DNA of 64,000 nucleotides from Clostridia bacterium (GTDB lineage: Bacteria; Bacillota; Clostridia; Christensenellales; UBA1242): contig JAVVRP010000002.1 of the NCBI GenBank assembly GCA_036654655.1, positions 51,841 through 115,840 of the forward strand, read 5' to 3'. Both the position numbers and the translations under genes were made by a program. This document shows, one piece after another, positions 31,297-39,900 of this stretch; the stretch's first letter is position 1; each line of letters starts with the position of its first letter. Below the pieces are notes generated by a model. It searched no databases, was not told the DNA's origin, and was given only the letters and a program-made list of their open reading frames with translations.

Positions 31297-32088
31297 ATGG
31301 CAAGAAGAATTGTTGTAACAAGTGGAAAGGGTGGTGTTGGAAAAACAACAGTTTGTGCAAATTTGGGAGCAAAACTTGCAAGTTTTGGTTTTAATGTTCT
31401 TTTAGTAGATGCAGATATGGGATTAAATAATTTAGATGTTGTTATGGGGATTGAAAATAAAATTGTTTTTGATGTAACCGATGTAATTGAGGCAAGATGT
31501 CGCCCAGAGCAAGCGTTGATTGAAGATAAACGCTACCCAAGCCTTAAAATTTTGCCATCTGCACAAAGTTATTCTCAGGCAAAGGCAACGGGAGAACATT
31601 TAAAATATGTGTTAGACATGTTGGAAAGTAAATATGATTATATTTTAATAGATTGTCCTGCGGGAGTTGAGGCGGGTTTTCATAGGGCAGTTTTTCCTGC
31701 CACAGAAGCAATTGTTGTTGTTACTCCGCACATTTCAAGCATTAGAGATGCCGACAAAATTATTTCAATATTGTCAGCATATAACTTGCAAACAAAACAA
31801 CTTGTTATAAATCGTGTTAGAGGGGATTTGCTTTTAAGTGGAGAAATGATTAGCAATGAAGAAATTGTAAAATTTTTAAAAATTCAACTTTTGGGTGTTG
31901 TTCCAGACGATGACGACATTTCAACACTTGCAACATTAGGGATAATTAGCACACAATCAAAAGCGTCACGAGCATTTTATTTGCTAGCAGAAAATCTTCA
32001 CAATGGAACAAAAAAAATTTATGACTGCACAAAAAAATATAAAGGAATTATAGGAAATTTACGAAGAAGTCTTAAACGCAAAACTTAA
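31297..32088 (+). CDS. minD: Septum site-determining ATPase MinD
   Basis: It has the deviant Walker A TSGKGGVGKTT and VDADMGLNNLD. At 263 aa it is typical, and the C-terminus is basic (GNLRRSLKRKT). Confidence 0.9.
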   Translation: MARRIVVTSGKGGVGKTTVCANLGAKLASFGFNVLLVDADMGLNNLDVVMGIENKIVFDVTDVIEARCRPEQALIEDKRYPSLKILPSAQSYSQAKATGEHLKYVLDMLESKYDYILIDCPAGVEAGFHRAVFPATEAIVVVTPHISSIRDADKIISILSAYNLQTKQLVINRVRGDLLLSGEMISNEEIVKFLKIQLLGVVPDDDDISTLATLGIISTQSKASRAFYLLAENLHNGTKKIYDCTKKYKGIIGNLRRSLKRKT

Positions 32089-32520
32089 ATAAAATATTTT
32101 TTAAAACATTAAATAAATAAAATGCTTAAATAAATAAAATATTAAATAAATAATAAACAAATACTCAAATAATAAATACTCAAATAATAAATAATAAATA
32201 CTTAAATAATAAACAAATATTCACATAATAAATAATAAATACTTAAATAATAAATAAATAAAATTAAATAAAACAGTTAAAAACAGACAATTAAGTATGC
32301 TCAGAACATATAAAAGTTATAAATTAATTAACTAACAAATTAAATACGCAAAATTAAGCAAATAAAGCAAATAATTAATAAACAAATCAAATAAGTAAAG
32401 TAAATAAAATAAATAATCAATGAACAAATTAAATAAGTAAAGTAAATAAAGTAAATAAAATAAAATAAATAAATAAATAAATAAATAAATTAATTATTAA
32501 ACTAAACAAACAAATTTAAA
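32089..32520. repeat. Low-complexity A-rich spacer of nested AAAT/AATAAAT-type direct repeats
   Basis: (AAAT)6-7 lies at 32463-32490. A perfect 30-bp direct repeat, ataataaataataaatacttaaataataaa, occurs at 32184-32213 and 32225-32254. A 15-bp unit starting aaatactc occurs twice, at 32159 and 32174. A 28-bp repeat, aacaaat(c/t)aaataagtaaagtaaataaa, starts at 32381 and 32423. TAA stops occur in every plus-strand frame, and the track reports no ORF of 60 aa or more on either strand. Confidence 0.9.
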
Positions 32521-32532
32521 AAGGAGAGTAAT

Positions 32533-32778
32533 ATGAACACAATTGCAGAAGTTGGTATTTCAAGATTAGAAAAAGTTTTAGTTCAGGACAAAACAAAAAA
32601 TCCAAATTTTGTTTGTCAAGTTTTAAGGTCAGACATAAAACAACTTATGAACAATTACGCAGAAGTTGATGGAGATATTTTTGTTGATGTTTCATTAACA
32701 GAAACTGGATATAATTTTTTTATAAAATGTTCTGCTCGGCGTTTAAAATCTTTTGGCAGTTTGCCAGAACGTTTGTGA
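32533..32778 (+). CDS. minE: MinE-like cell-division topological specificity factor (divergent, short N-terminus)
   Basis: It is 81 aa with a strong RBS (AAGGAGAG) 6 nt upstream. The segment SRLEKVLVQDKTKNPNFVCQVLRSDIKQLMNNYAEVDGDIFVDVSLTE aligns by eye with the MinE core (ERL.L.L..DR....P..L..l..dI..Vi..Y..id...v.v.l). It lies downstream of minD. Confidence 0.5.
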   Translation: MNTIAEVGISRLEKVLVQDKTKNPNFVCQVLRSDIKQLMNNYAEVDGDIFVDVSLTETGYNFFIKCSARRLKSFGSLPERL

Positions 32779-33214
32779 TAAAATTGCGTAAATTAATTAC
32801 ACAATATTTCAATTACAATAATAATTTTTTAAAAAATAGTTTAACTTGCAATTTTTTATTTCAACAAACAAATTAATACTTTTAATGTACTGCAATTTTT
32901 TTTAAAAATAATATACTAATTAAAATTACAATGCGTGTAAAATTGTAATAAAAAATAAAGGTCACAAATGCAATGGTAATTTTTAAGTGGCAAATGTCAA
33001 AATTATAGATGCATTTAAATATTTTAAAAATATAATTTAAAAAAATTAAGTTTATATATTCTAACAAATTTTGCAAAAATGAAAATTTAAATTTTGTTTA
33101 TAACATACAAACTTATAAACATTTTTTTAAAGAAAAAAAGTGTTAAACAATTAAATTAAATTTAGAAGTAGCATAACGCACAATAAGCACCAATAATTTT
33201 TACAATTTTATAAC

Positions 33215-33245
33215 AAAAAAAATACAAGGATTTACTTGTATTTTT
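33215..33245 (-). terminator. Terminator hairpin after tRNA-Lys (potentially bidirectional)
   Basis: The stem pairs atacaag (33222-33228) with cttgtat (33235-33241), and the loop is gattta. An A-run lies on the left and a T-run on the right, so a U-tract follows on either strand. Confidence 0.6.
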
Positions 33246-33321
33246 TGGTGGACTGTCGGGGGCTCGAACCCCGGACAGACTGATTAAGAGTCAGCTACTC
33301 TACCAACTGAGTTAACAGTCC
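33246..33321 (-). tRNA. tRNA-Lys (anticodon CTT), CCA encoded
   Basis: The reverse complement is ggactgttaactcagttggtagagtagctgactCTTaatcagtctgtccggggttcgagcccccgacagtccacca. It folds into a full cloverleaf: a 7-bp acceptor, D arm actc/gagt, anticodon stem gctga/tcagt with loop ctCTTaa, and T arm cgggg/ccccg with a ttcgagc loop. It is 76 nt. Confidence 0.93.
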
Positions 33322-33331
33322 ATAAAAGTTT

Positions 33332-33406
33332 TGGAGCGGAAGACGAGGCTTGAACTCGCAACCCTTGCCTTGGGAAGGCAATGCTCTACCATTGAGCCAC
33401 TCCCGC
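33332..33406 (-). tRNA. tRNA-Gly (anticodon CCC), CCA encoded
   Basis: The reverse complement is gcgggagtggctcaatggtagagcattgccttCCCaaggcaagggttgcgagttcaagcctcgtcttccgctcca. The acceptor is gcgggag/cttccgc, the D arm is gctc/gagc, the anticodon stem is ttgcc/ggcaa with loop ttCCCaa, and the T loop is ttcaagc. It is 75 nt. Confidence 0.93.
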
Positions 33407-33416
33407 AACTTGTTTT

Positions 33417-33445
33417 AAGTTAACATAAAACAGTGTTTTTGTCAA
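33417..33445 (-). promoter_or_regulatory. Promoter for the tRNA-Gly/tRNA-Lys pair (TTGACA-17-TGtTAACTT)
   Basis: On the minus strand, ttgaca lies at 33445-33440, followed by a 17-nt spacer ending in TGt, then taactt at 33422-33417. The -10 ends 10 nt before the mature tRNA-Gly 5' end. Confidence 0.6.
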
Positions 33446-33452
33446 CCGATTT

Positions 33453-34445
33453 TTATTTTTTAGTGCTAAAATTATATTCGTTTGCCAAAACTGAAAGAGC
33501 AACAGTTGCTCCAACAATTGGGTTGTTTCCCATGCCGATAAATCCCATCATTTCAACATGAGAAGGCACAGAACTACTTCCTGCAAATTGTGCATCACAG
33601 TGCATACGTCCCATTGTGTCGGTTATTCCATAACTTGCAGGGCCTGCTCCAACATTGTCGGGATGAAGTGTTCTTCCAGTTCCGCCACCTGATGCAACAG
33701 AAAAAAACTTTTTGTTGTTTTGATAGCACCATTTCATGTACGTTCCGGCAACTGGGTGTTGAAATCTAACAGGGTTAGTGGAATTTCCTGTTATTGAGAC
33801 ATCAACTTTTTCATGAATCATAATTGCAACGCCTTCTTCAACGTCAAAGCATCCATAAACTTTAACTTGTGAACGCTGATCGTTTGAAAATGAGGTTTCT
33901 TTAATTATTGAAAGGCTTTGAGTTTGATTGTTAAACTTTGTTTGAACATATGTAAATCCGTTTACACGAGCAATAATATAGCCAGCATCCTTTCCAAGCC
34001 CAATCAGAACAACTTTTAAATTTGTTTTTCTTGCTAAGTTTGCGTATTTTGCTATGCCAAGAGCACCTTCGGCGGCCGCAAAACTTTCGTGACCTGCTAA
34101 AAAACAAAAGCATTTTGTTTTTTCATTTAACAGCATTGCAGAAAGTTGTCCGTGGCCTATTCCAACTTTTCTTTTATCAGCAATAGAACCAATCACACAA
34201 AATGCTTGCAAGGCTTCTCCAATTTTAACCGAACATTTTTCTGCGGTTTTAGTATTTGATTTTATTGCAATTGCAACTCCCAAAGTGTATGCCTTAATTG
34301 CATTATCAAAACATATTGGTTGAATGGATTTTACAATTTTTTCAACATCAATATTTGCTTGTTTGCATATGTTTTCTGCCTCAGTTAAATTTTTAATGTT
34401 ATATTTTAACAAGGTTTTTTCTATGTTTTGTTCTTTTTGTGGCAT
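33453..34445 (-). CDS. GGGtGRT-family protein (uncharacterised conserved family)
   Basis: It contains the family-naming motif in SVASGGGTGRTLHPDNVGAGPASYG. I chose ATG 34445, whose A is shared with the TGA stop of the upstream NifU-like gene (TGATG). GAGGAG lies 5 nt upstream. Confidence 0.75.
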   Translation of the reverse strand: MPQKEQNIEKTLLKYNIKNLTEAENICKQANIDVEKIVKSIQPICFDNAIKAYTLGVAIAIKSNTKTAEKCSVKIGEALQAFCVIGSIADKRKVGIGHGQLSAMLLNEKTKCFCFLAGHESFAAAEGALGIAKYANLARKTNLKVVLIGLGKDAGYIIARVNGFTYVQTKFNNQTQSLSIIKETSFSNDQRSQVKVYGCFDVEEGVAIMIHEKVDVSITGNSTNPVRFQHPVAGTYMKWCYQNNKKFFSVASGGGTGRTLHPDNVGAGPASYGITDTMGRMHCDAQFAGSSSVPSHVEMMGFIGMGNNPIVGATVALSVLANEYNFSTKK

Positions 34446-35113
34446 CACTTCTCCTCACGTGGATTAACATAACTTTTTGCTTCGTCAAATCTCCCATATT
34501 TTTTTGTAGATTTTTGCAATGCAACACAAGAGTTTTCTCCACTTTCAACAAGTTTTAAAAGTTCTGGCATGTTTACATATTCATATCCAATAATTTCGCC
34601 GTTGCTATCAAGTGCTTGCTTTGTTATATATCCTTCTGCAAGGGTCAAATATTTTGGTCCATGTTTGCTTCCATAAATTGTGCCAATTTGTGAGCAATGT
34701 CCCTTCCCTAAATCTTCATATGCAGAGCCAACTGGCAACCCGTTTTCTGAAAAGGCAGATTGACTTCTTCCATAGGCAAGTTGCAAAAATATATTTTTCA
34801 TGGCAACATTAATTGCATCGCAAACAAGATCGGTGTTAAGTGCTTCCAAAATTGTTTTTCCGGGCAAAATTTCTCCTGCCATTGCCGCAGAATGTGTCAT
34901 GCCACTGCATCCAATTGTTTCAATCAACGCTTCGGTTATTATTCCGTCTTTAACGTTTAAAGTAAGTTTGCACGTTCCTTGCTGAGGAGCACATGCACCG
35001 CAACCATGTGAAAATCCAGAAATTTGTTTAATGTCTTTAAGTTGAACCCATTTTCCATTTTCAGGAATTGGAGAAGGTCCAAATCCATCAATGTTTTTAC
35101 AACAATCTTTCAT
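34445..35113 (-). CDS. NifU N-terminal-like Fe-S cluster scaffold-type protein
   Basis: The Cys-rich core GFSHGCGACAPQQGTCKLTLNVKDGIITEALIETIGCSGMTHSAAMAGEIL has the NifU/IscU-like layout (C...C...GC). AGGAG lies upstream of the ATG. Confidence 0.65.
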   Translation of the reverse strand: MKDCCKNIDGFGPSPIPENGKWVQLKDIKQISGFSHGCGACAPQQGTCKLTLNVKDGIITEALIETIGCSGMTHSAAMAGEILPGKTILEALNTDLVCDAINVAMKNIFLQLAYGRSQSAFSENGLPVGSAYEDLGKGHCSQIGTIYGSKHGPKYLTLAEGYITKQALDSNGEIIGYEYVNMPELLKLVESGENSCVALQKSTKKYGRFDEAKSYVNPREEK

Positions 35114-35127
35114 TTTTTTCTCCTGTT

Positions 35128-35673
35128 TTATAAACTTTCTGCATCGCCAAATTTTTTATCATATCTTTTTTTTGCTAATTTTATAACTTTTTTTGCAATT
35201 ACAACATTTTGTAAACCTTCAATTTTTGTTATTTTATCTTCTAATTGTTTATAAACCGAAAGAAAATGAATTAATTCTTCTGAAACATGTTTTGGCAATT
35301 TAGAAATGTTTTTATATGTGTTATAAAGCGGGTCATTGTATGGAATGGCAACAATTTTTTCATCCCTTACACCGCTATCAATCATTGTTATAACACCAAT
35401 TGGATAACATCTTACAAGGCAAAGTGGGTCTATGCTTTCACTGCATAAAACAAGCACGTCAAGCGCGTCACCATCTTCGCTAAGAGTACGTGGAATAAAA
35501 CCATAATTAGATGGATATTGCATGCTTGTGTAAAGCACCCTGTCCAAAATGATTGCTCCTGTTTCTTTGTCCAGTTCATATTTTTTTTTGGCACCTTTTG
35601 AAATTTCAATAACAACCAAAAAATCATCGGGTTCAATTCTTTTTTTTGCAACATTATGCCATAAATTACTCAT
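35128..35673 (-). CDS. ppa: Inorganic pyrophosphatase, family I
   Basis: Family I PPase blocks are VVIEISKGAKKKYELDKETG, YPSNYGFIP, DGDALDVLVL and DEKIVAIP. The RBS is AGGAG. Confidence 0.9.
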   Translation of the reverse strand: MSNLWHNVAKKRIEPDDFLVVIEISKGAKKKYELDKETGAIILDRVLYTSMQYPSNYGFIPRTLSEDGDALDVLVLCSESIDPLCLVRCYPIGVITMIDSGVRDEKIVAIPYNDPLYNTYKNISKLPKHVSEELIHFLSVYKQLEDKITKIEGLQNVVIAKKVIKLAKKRYDKKFGDAESL

Positions 35674-35780
35674 ATGATCTCCTATAATTGTTTTAGTTTA
35701 TCACATTATATAAAAAATGCAAAACAAATTTAAAATATTAAATTTTTTTATTAATAAAATTGTTGTTTCAATATTTTTTG

Positions 35781-35809
35781 TTGCACTATTCATGGTTTTC
35801 TTGTATAAT
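35781..35809 (+). promoter_or_regulatory. Promoter for the HIT / CBS / ileS string (TTGCAC-17-TATAAT)
   Basis: ttgcac lies at 35781-35786, followed by a 17-nt spacer, then tataat at 35804-35809. ATG 35817 lies 7 nt after the -10. Confidence 0.55.
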
Positions 35810-35816
35810 GAAAATT

Positions 35817-36215
35817 ATGAAAAAAACATCAAAAAGAGAAGATTGTTTATTCTGTAATATTGCAAATAAAAACATTTCAAGCAATATTATTTATGAAAAC
35901 GAAACAACGTTAGCGTTTTTAGATATCAATCAGTCACATATTGGTCACACGTTAGTTATTCCAAAACAACATGTATGCAACTTGTTAAATGCAAATCAAA
36001 AACAAATTACAGAAGTTTTTAAAGCAGTTAAAAAGGTTTCTAATTATTATTTAAATTGTGGATTCACAGGTATTAAAGTTATGATTGCAAATGGGCAAAG
36101 TTCGGGGCAAACAGTTTTTCATTTGCACGTGCACATTTTTCCTTGTGGAATTAAATATGACAAAAAAATATCAACAAAACAAATATTAGAAATGTTAAAA
36201 ATTAAGGAGAGATAA
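35817..36215 (+). CDS. HIT-family nucleotide hydrolase/transferase
   Basis: It has the histidine-triad motif HLHVHIFP, plus CLFCNI and GHTLVIPKQH. The start is uncertain. ATG 35817 (MKKTSK...) and ATG 35808 both lack an SD, and the track's TTG 35760 would add a hydrophobic, non-conserved extension that overlaps the promoter. Confidence 0.8.
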   Translation: MKKTSKREDCLFCNIANKNISSNIIYENETTLAFLDINQSHIGHTLVIPKQHVCNLLNANQKQITEVFKAVKKVSNYYLNCGFTGIKVMIANGQSSGQTVFHLHVHIFPCGIKYDKKISTKQILEMLKIKER

Positions 36216-36958
36216 TGCCAAAAAAAAATACAAACAATAAACAATCAAATGCAAAAGAGTTTATAAGTTCTTACAATAATATAGACCATTCACTAAGAAT
36301 TCAACATGGATTAAAAAGAAGTATGGGCTTTTCTGACATGATAAGGCGGGCGGTTCAATTTAATTATATTGTTAGAAAGTATGAAGAGGATTTAATTGAT
36401 TATGGACGTTTGCGTAACGCTATTATCCACAGAAGTAATGAAGATTTTGTTATCGCAGAGCCTCACGATGACATTGTTAGTAAAATAAAAATTATTGAAA
36501 CACTTATAACAACCCCACCAAAGGCAATGGAAATGATTTCACAAAAAGATGTGTTATCGGTTGATGCAAGTGTAAGTGTTAGAAAAACAATTCAATTAAT
36601 TGCAGAATCAAAATTTAGCAATATTCCAGTATACAAAAATGGTGAACTTGTTGGGGTTGCAAACGGACAAAAAATATTGGATGCGTTTGGAAAACACTTA
36701 ATTACGGGCAAAAGTGCAGACGAATTTTTAAATAACAAAACCATTGAAGACATTATTATGTTGCCAATTGAAATAAATTATTACAAAGTTTTTTCAGAAG
36801 AAGTTACAATTGAAGAAATTTTAAGAGAGTTTCAAATTAACAGAAAGTTGCTTTGTGTTATTGTAACAAAAAGCGGGAGCATGCACGATGTTCCAATTGG
36901 AATAATTACAACAAGTGATGTAATGCATATGAATGAAGTTATGGAAAATTACAATTAA
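36215..36958 (+). CDS. CBS-pair protein with an N-terminal HEPN-like (Rx4H) helical domain
   Basis: The ATG shares its A with the HIT TAA stop (TAATG). The C-terminal half holds two CBS motifs (VLSVDASVSVRKTIQLIAESKFSNIPVYKNGELVGV and VFSEEVTIEEILREF...CVIVTKSG...PIGIITTSDV). The N-terminal ~95 aa contain YGRLRNAIIHRS, an R-x4-H motif in a Swt1-like HEPN context. The HEPN call is by eye only. Confidence 0.7.
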   Translation: MPKKNTNNKQSNAKEFISSYNNIDHSLRIQHGLKRSMGFSDMIRRAVQFNYIVRKYEEDLIDYGRLRNAIIHRSNEDFVIAEPHDDIVSKIKIIETLITTPPKAMEMISQKDVLSVDASVSVRKTIQLIAESKFSNIPVYKNGELVGVANGQKILDAFGKHLITGKSADEFLNNKTIEDIIMLPIEINYYKVFSEEVTIEEILREFQINRKLLCVIVTKSGSMHDVPIGIITTSDVMHMNEVMENYN

Positions 36959-36978
36959 CAAAAACAAGAGGAAATATT

Positions 36979-39900
36979 ATGTATAAAAAAGTAGATACAA
37001 AATTAGAGTTTGTAAAAAATGAATTAGAAATTATGGAATTTTGGGCAAAAAAACAAACTTTTAAAAAATCGCTGGAAAAAAACAAAGGTAATAAAATATT
37101 TTCATTTTATGAAGGCCCGCCAACTGCAAATGGAATGCCTCATATTGGGCATCCATTAACAAGAGCAATGAAAGATGTTATTCCTCGTTTTAAAACAATG
37201 CAGGGATATTATGTTCCAAGAATGGCAGGGTGGGATACTCATGGCCTTCCGGTGGAACTGGAAGTTGAAAAGCAAATTGGATCAACAGGTAAGCAAGATA
37301 TAGAAAAGTTTGGTGTGGATAAATTTATTTTACAATGCAAAGAAAGTGTGTGGAAGTATAAAAAAATATGGGAAAATATTACTGAACGATTAGGTTATTG
37401 GGTGGACATGGCAAAGCCTTATATAACTTATTCAAATGATTACATAGAAAGTGTGTTTTGGGCACTTTCGCAAATGAACAAAATGGGTCTAATTTATCAT
37501 GGGCACAAGGTTGTTCCTTATTGTCCAAGATGTGGAACGTCTTTGTCAAAAATGGAAGTGGAACAAAATTATATTACTTTAAAAGAAAACAGTATTTATG
37601 TTAAATTTAGAACTATCAAAGATAAAAATACATATTTTTTGGTGTGGACAACCACCCCATGGACGCTTCCAAGCAATATTGCACTTTGCGTTAATCCAAC
37701 GCAAAACTATTGTATTGTGGAACAAGATGGCATGCGTTTTATAATGCTAGAAGCATTAGTAAGCAAACTCTTTGCGGAACCAAAAATTGTTGAAAGGATG
37801 AAAGGCTCAGATTTAGAAAATCAACAATACGAACCTATATTTCAATACGTTAAGGACAAGGTAAAAAATGGTTATTTTGTAACCATGGATAATTTTGTAA
37901 CTGTTGAAGATGGAACGGGCATTGTTCACATTGCTCCTGCGTTTGGTGCCGATGATTATGAAGTTGGCAAAAAATACAACTTGCCTGTTATTCAACTTAT
38001 CAATGATGAAGGCAAGTTTACCCAAGAGGCAACCGATTATGTTGGACTAAAAGCAAAATCTGCCGATAAATTAATTATTGAGCGTTTGCAAAAAGAAGGA
38101 AAACTTTTTAAAATTTTACCATTTGAACACAGTTATCCGCATTGTTGGAGATGTAATACCCCACTTTTGTATTATGCAAAAACAACATGGTTTGTAGAAA
38201 CTTCAAAAATTAAAGATAGGCTTGTTAAAAACAACAAATCTGTTAATTGGTTGCCACAAAACATAAAAACAGGAAGAATGGGCAACTTTTTGGAAAATAA
38301 TGTTGATTGGGGAATTTCTAGAACTCGCTTTTGGGGAACCCCATTACCGTTTTGGGTTTGCGAATGTGGAAATTTTCATGTTGTTGGAAGCAAAACTGAA
38401 CTTGAAAAACTTAGCGGAAAAAAAATTACAGATTTGCACAAGCCCGAAATTGACGAAATAACAATACCTTGTGACAAGTGTGGCAAAACTATGGTGCGAA
38501 CACCAGAAGTTCTTGATTGTTGGTTTGATAGTGGCTCAATGCCATTTGCACAATATCATTATCCGTTTGAAAATAAAGAATTGTTTGAAAAAACTTTTCC
38601 CGCCGACTATATTGCTGAGGGGCTTGATCAAACTCGTGGATGGTTTTATTCTTTGCAAGCCATAAGTTCAATTTTATTTAACAAATCACCGTACAAAACT
38701 TGTATTGCACTTGGGCTTATTAATGATAAAAACGGACAAAAAATGAGCAAAAGCAAAGGTAATGGAATTGATCCATGGACCATTTTAAACAAGTATGGTG
38801 CAGATGCTTTAAGATGGTATTTTTATAATTCTTGCTCTCCGGGGCAACCTCTTTCCTTTAATGAAGAAAATTTGATAGAACTTCAACGCAAAACGTTTGG
38901 AACACTTTGGAATGTTTACGCTTTTTACGTTCTTTATGCACAAATAGATAACTTTGACCCAACAAAGCATGACATCAGCACATGCTCATATACTTTTATG
39001 GACAAATGGTTGCTTTCGGAATTTAACGCACTTGTAAATTATGTTACAAAATGTTTAGAAAGTTTTGATATGCAAAATGCAAGCAAAAAAATAACTGAAT
39101 TTATTGATGTGCTTTCAAATTGGTACATAAGGCGTTCACGAGAAAGATTTTGGGCAAGTGGAAAAACAGAAAATAAAATATCAGCCTTTTCAACTTTGTA
39201 TGAAGTGCTTTGCGGGCTGGTAAAATTGATGGCGCCATTTGCTCCATTTATAACAGAAAATATTTATCAGAATATTGTATGCAGTGTGAACAAAAACGCA
39301 CCAGAAAGCGTGCATTTGTGTGAATATCCTGTTGCTAACGAAAAACTTGTTAACAAAACACTTAATTTGGGCATGAATGAAGTTTTAAAAATAGTTTCGC
39401 TTGGCAGAAGTGCAAGAAATATGTCGGGCATAAAAAACCGACAGCCATTAGAAAAGGCGTATGTATGCACAAGCAAACCATTTCACCTAAAAAAAGAACT
39501 TGTGGACCTTGCATTAAATGAACTTAATGTGGAAAAATTGGAAGTGATGCAAGACGCCAGCAAATATGTAACTTTTGAACTTAAACCACAATTAAAAACA
39601 GTTGGACCAAAATATGGAAAGCATGTTAATGCAATAAAAGAACATTTGCAAAAATGTACAAATGAACAAATAAACATTTTAAACAGTGGAAAAAGTATCC
39701 AATTTAACTTGGAAAATATAAATGTTGTTTTAGGTGCGGAAGATGTTATTGTTTTAATTAAAAACAAAGAAGGTTTTGTTAGCGAAAGTGACGGTGATTT
39801 TACTGTTGTTTTAAACACAACGCTAACACCAGATTTAATTGCAAAAGGATATGTTCGTGAAATAATTAGTCACGTTCAAAATTTAAGAAAAGATAGTGGG

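Noticed and set aside
32089-32520. A possible CRISPR array or minisatellite-encoded peptide in the repeat-rich minD-minE spacer
   Set aside because: The repeats are low-complexity A-rich strings with irregular periods (15, 41 and 42 bp, plus 4-bp microsatellites). There are no unique spacers of constant length and no cas genes. Stops occur in all plus-strand frames, and there is no minus-strand ORF of 60 aa or more.
32882-33076. A 64-aa hydrophobic minus-strand ORF in the AT-rich spacer
   Set aside because: Its Ile/Phe/Leu/Asn/Tyr-rich sequence is what AT-rich DNA yields by chance. It has no SD and no conservation signal I can assess, so it is not reported as a gene.
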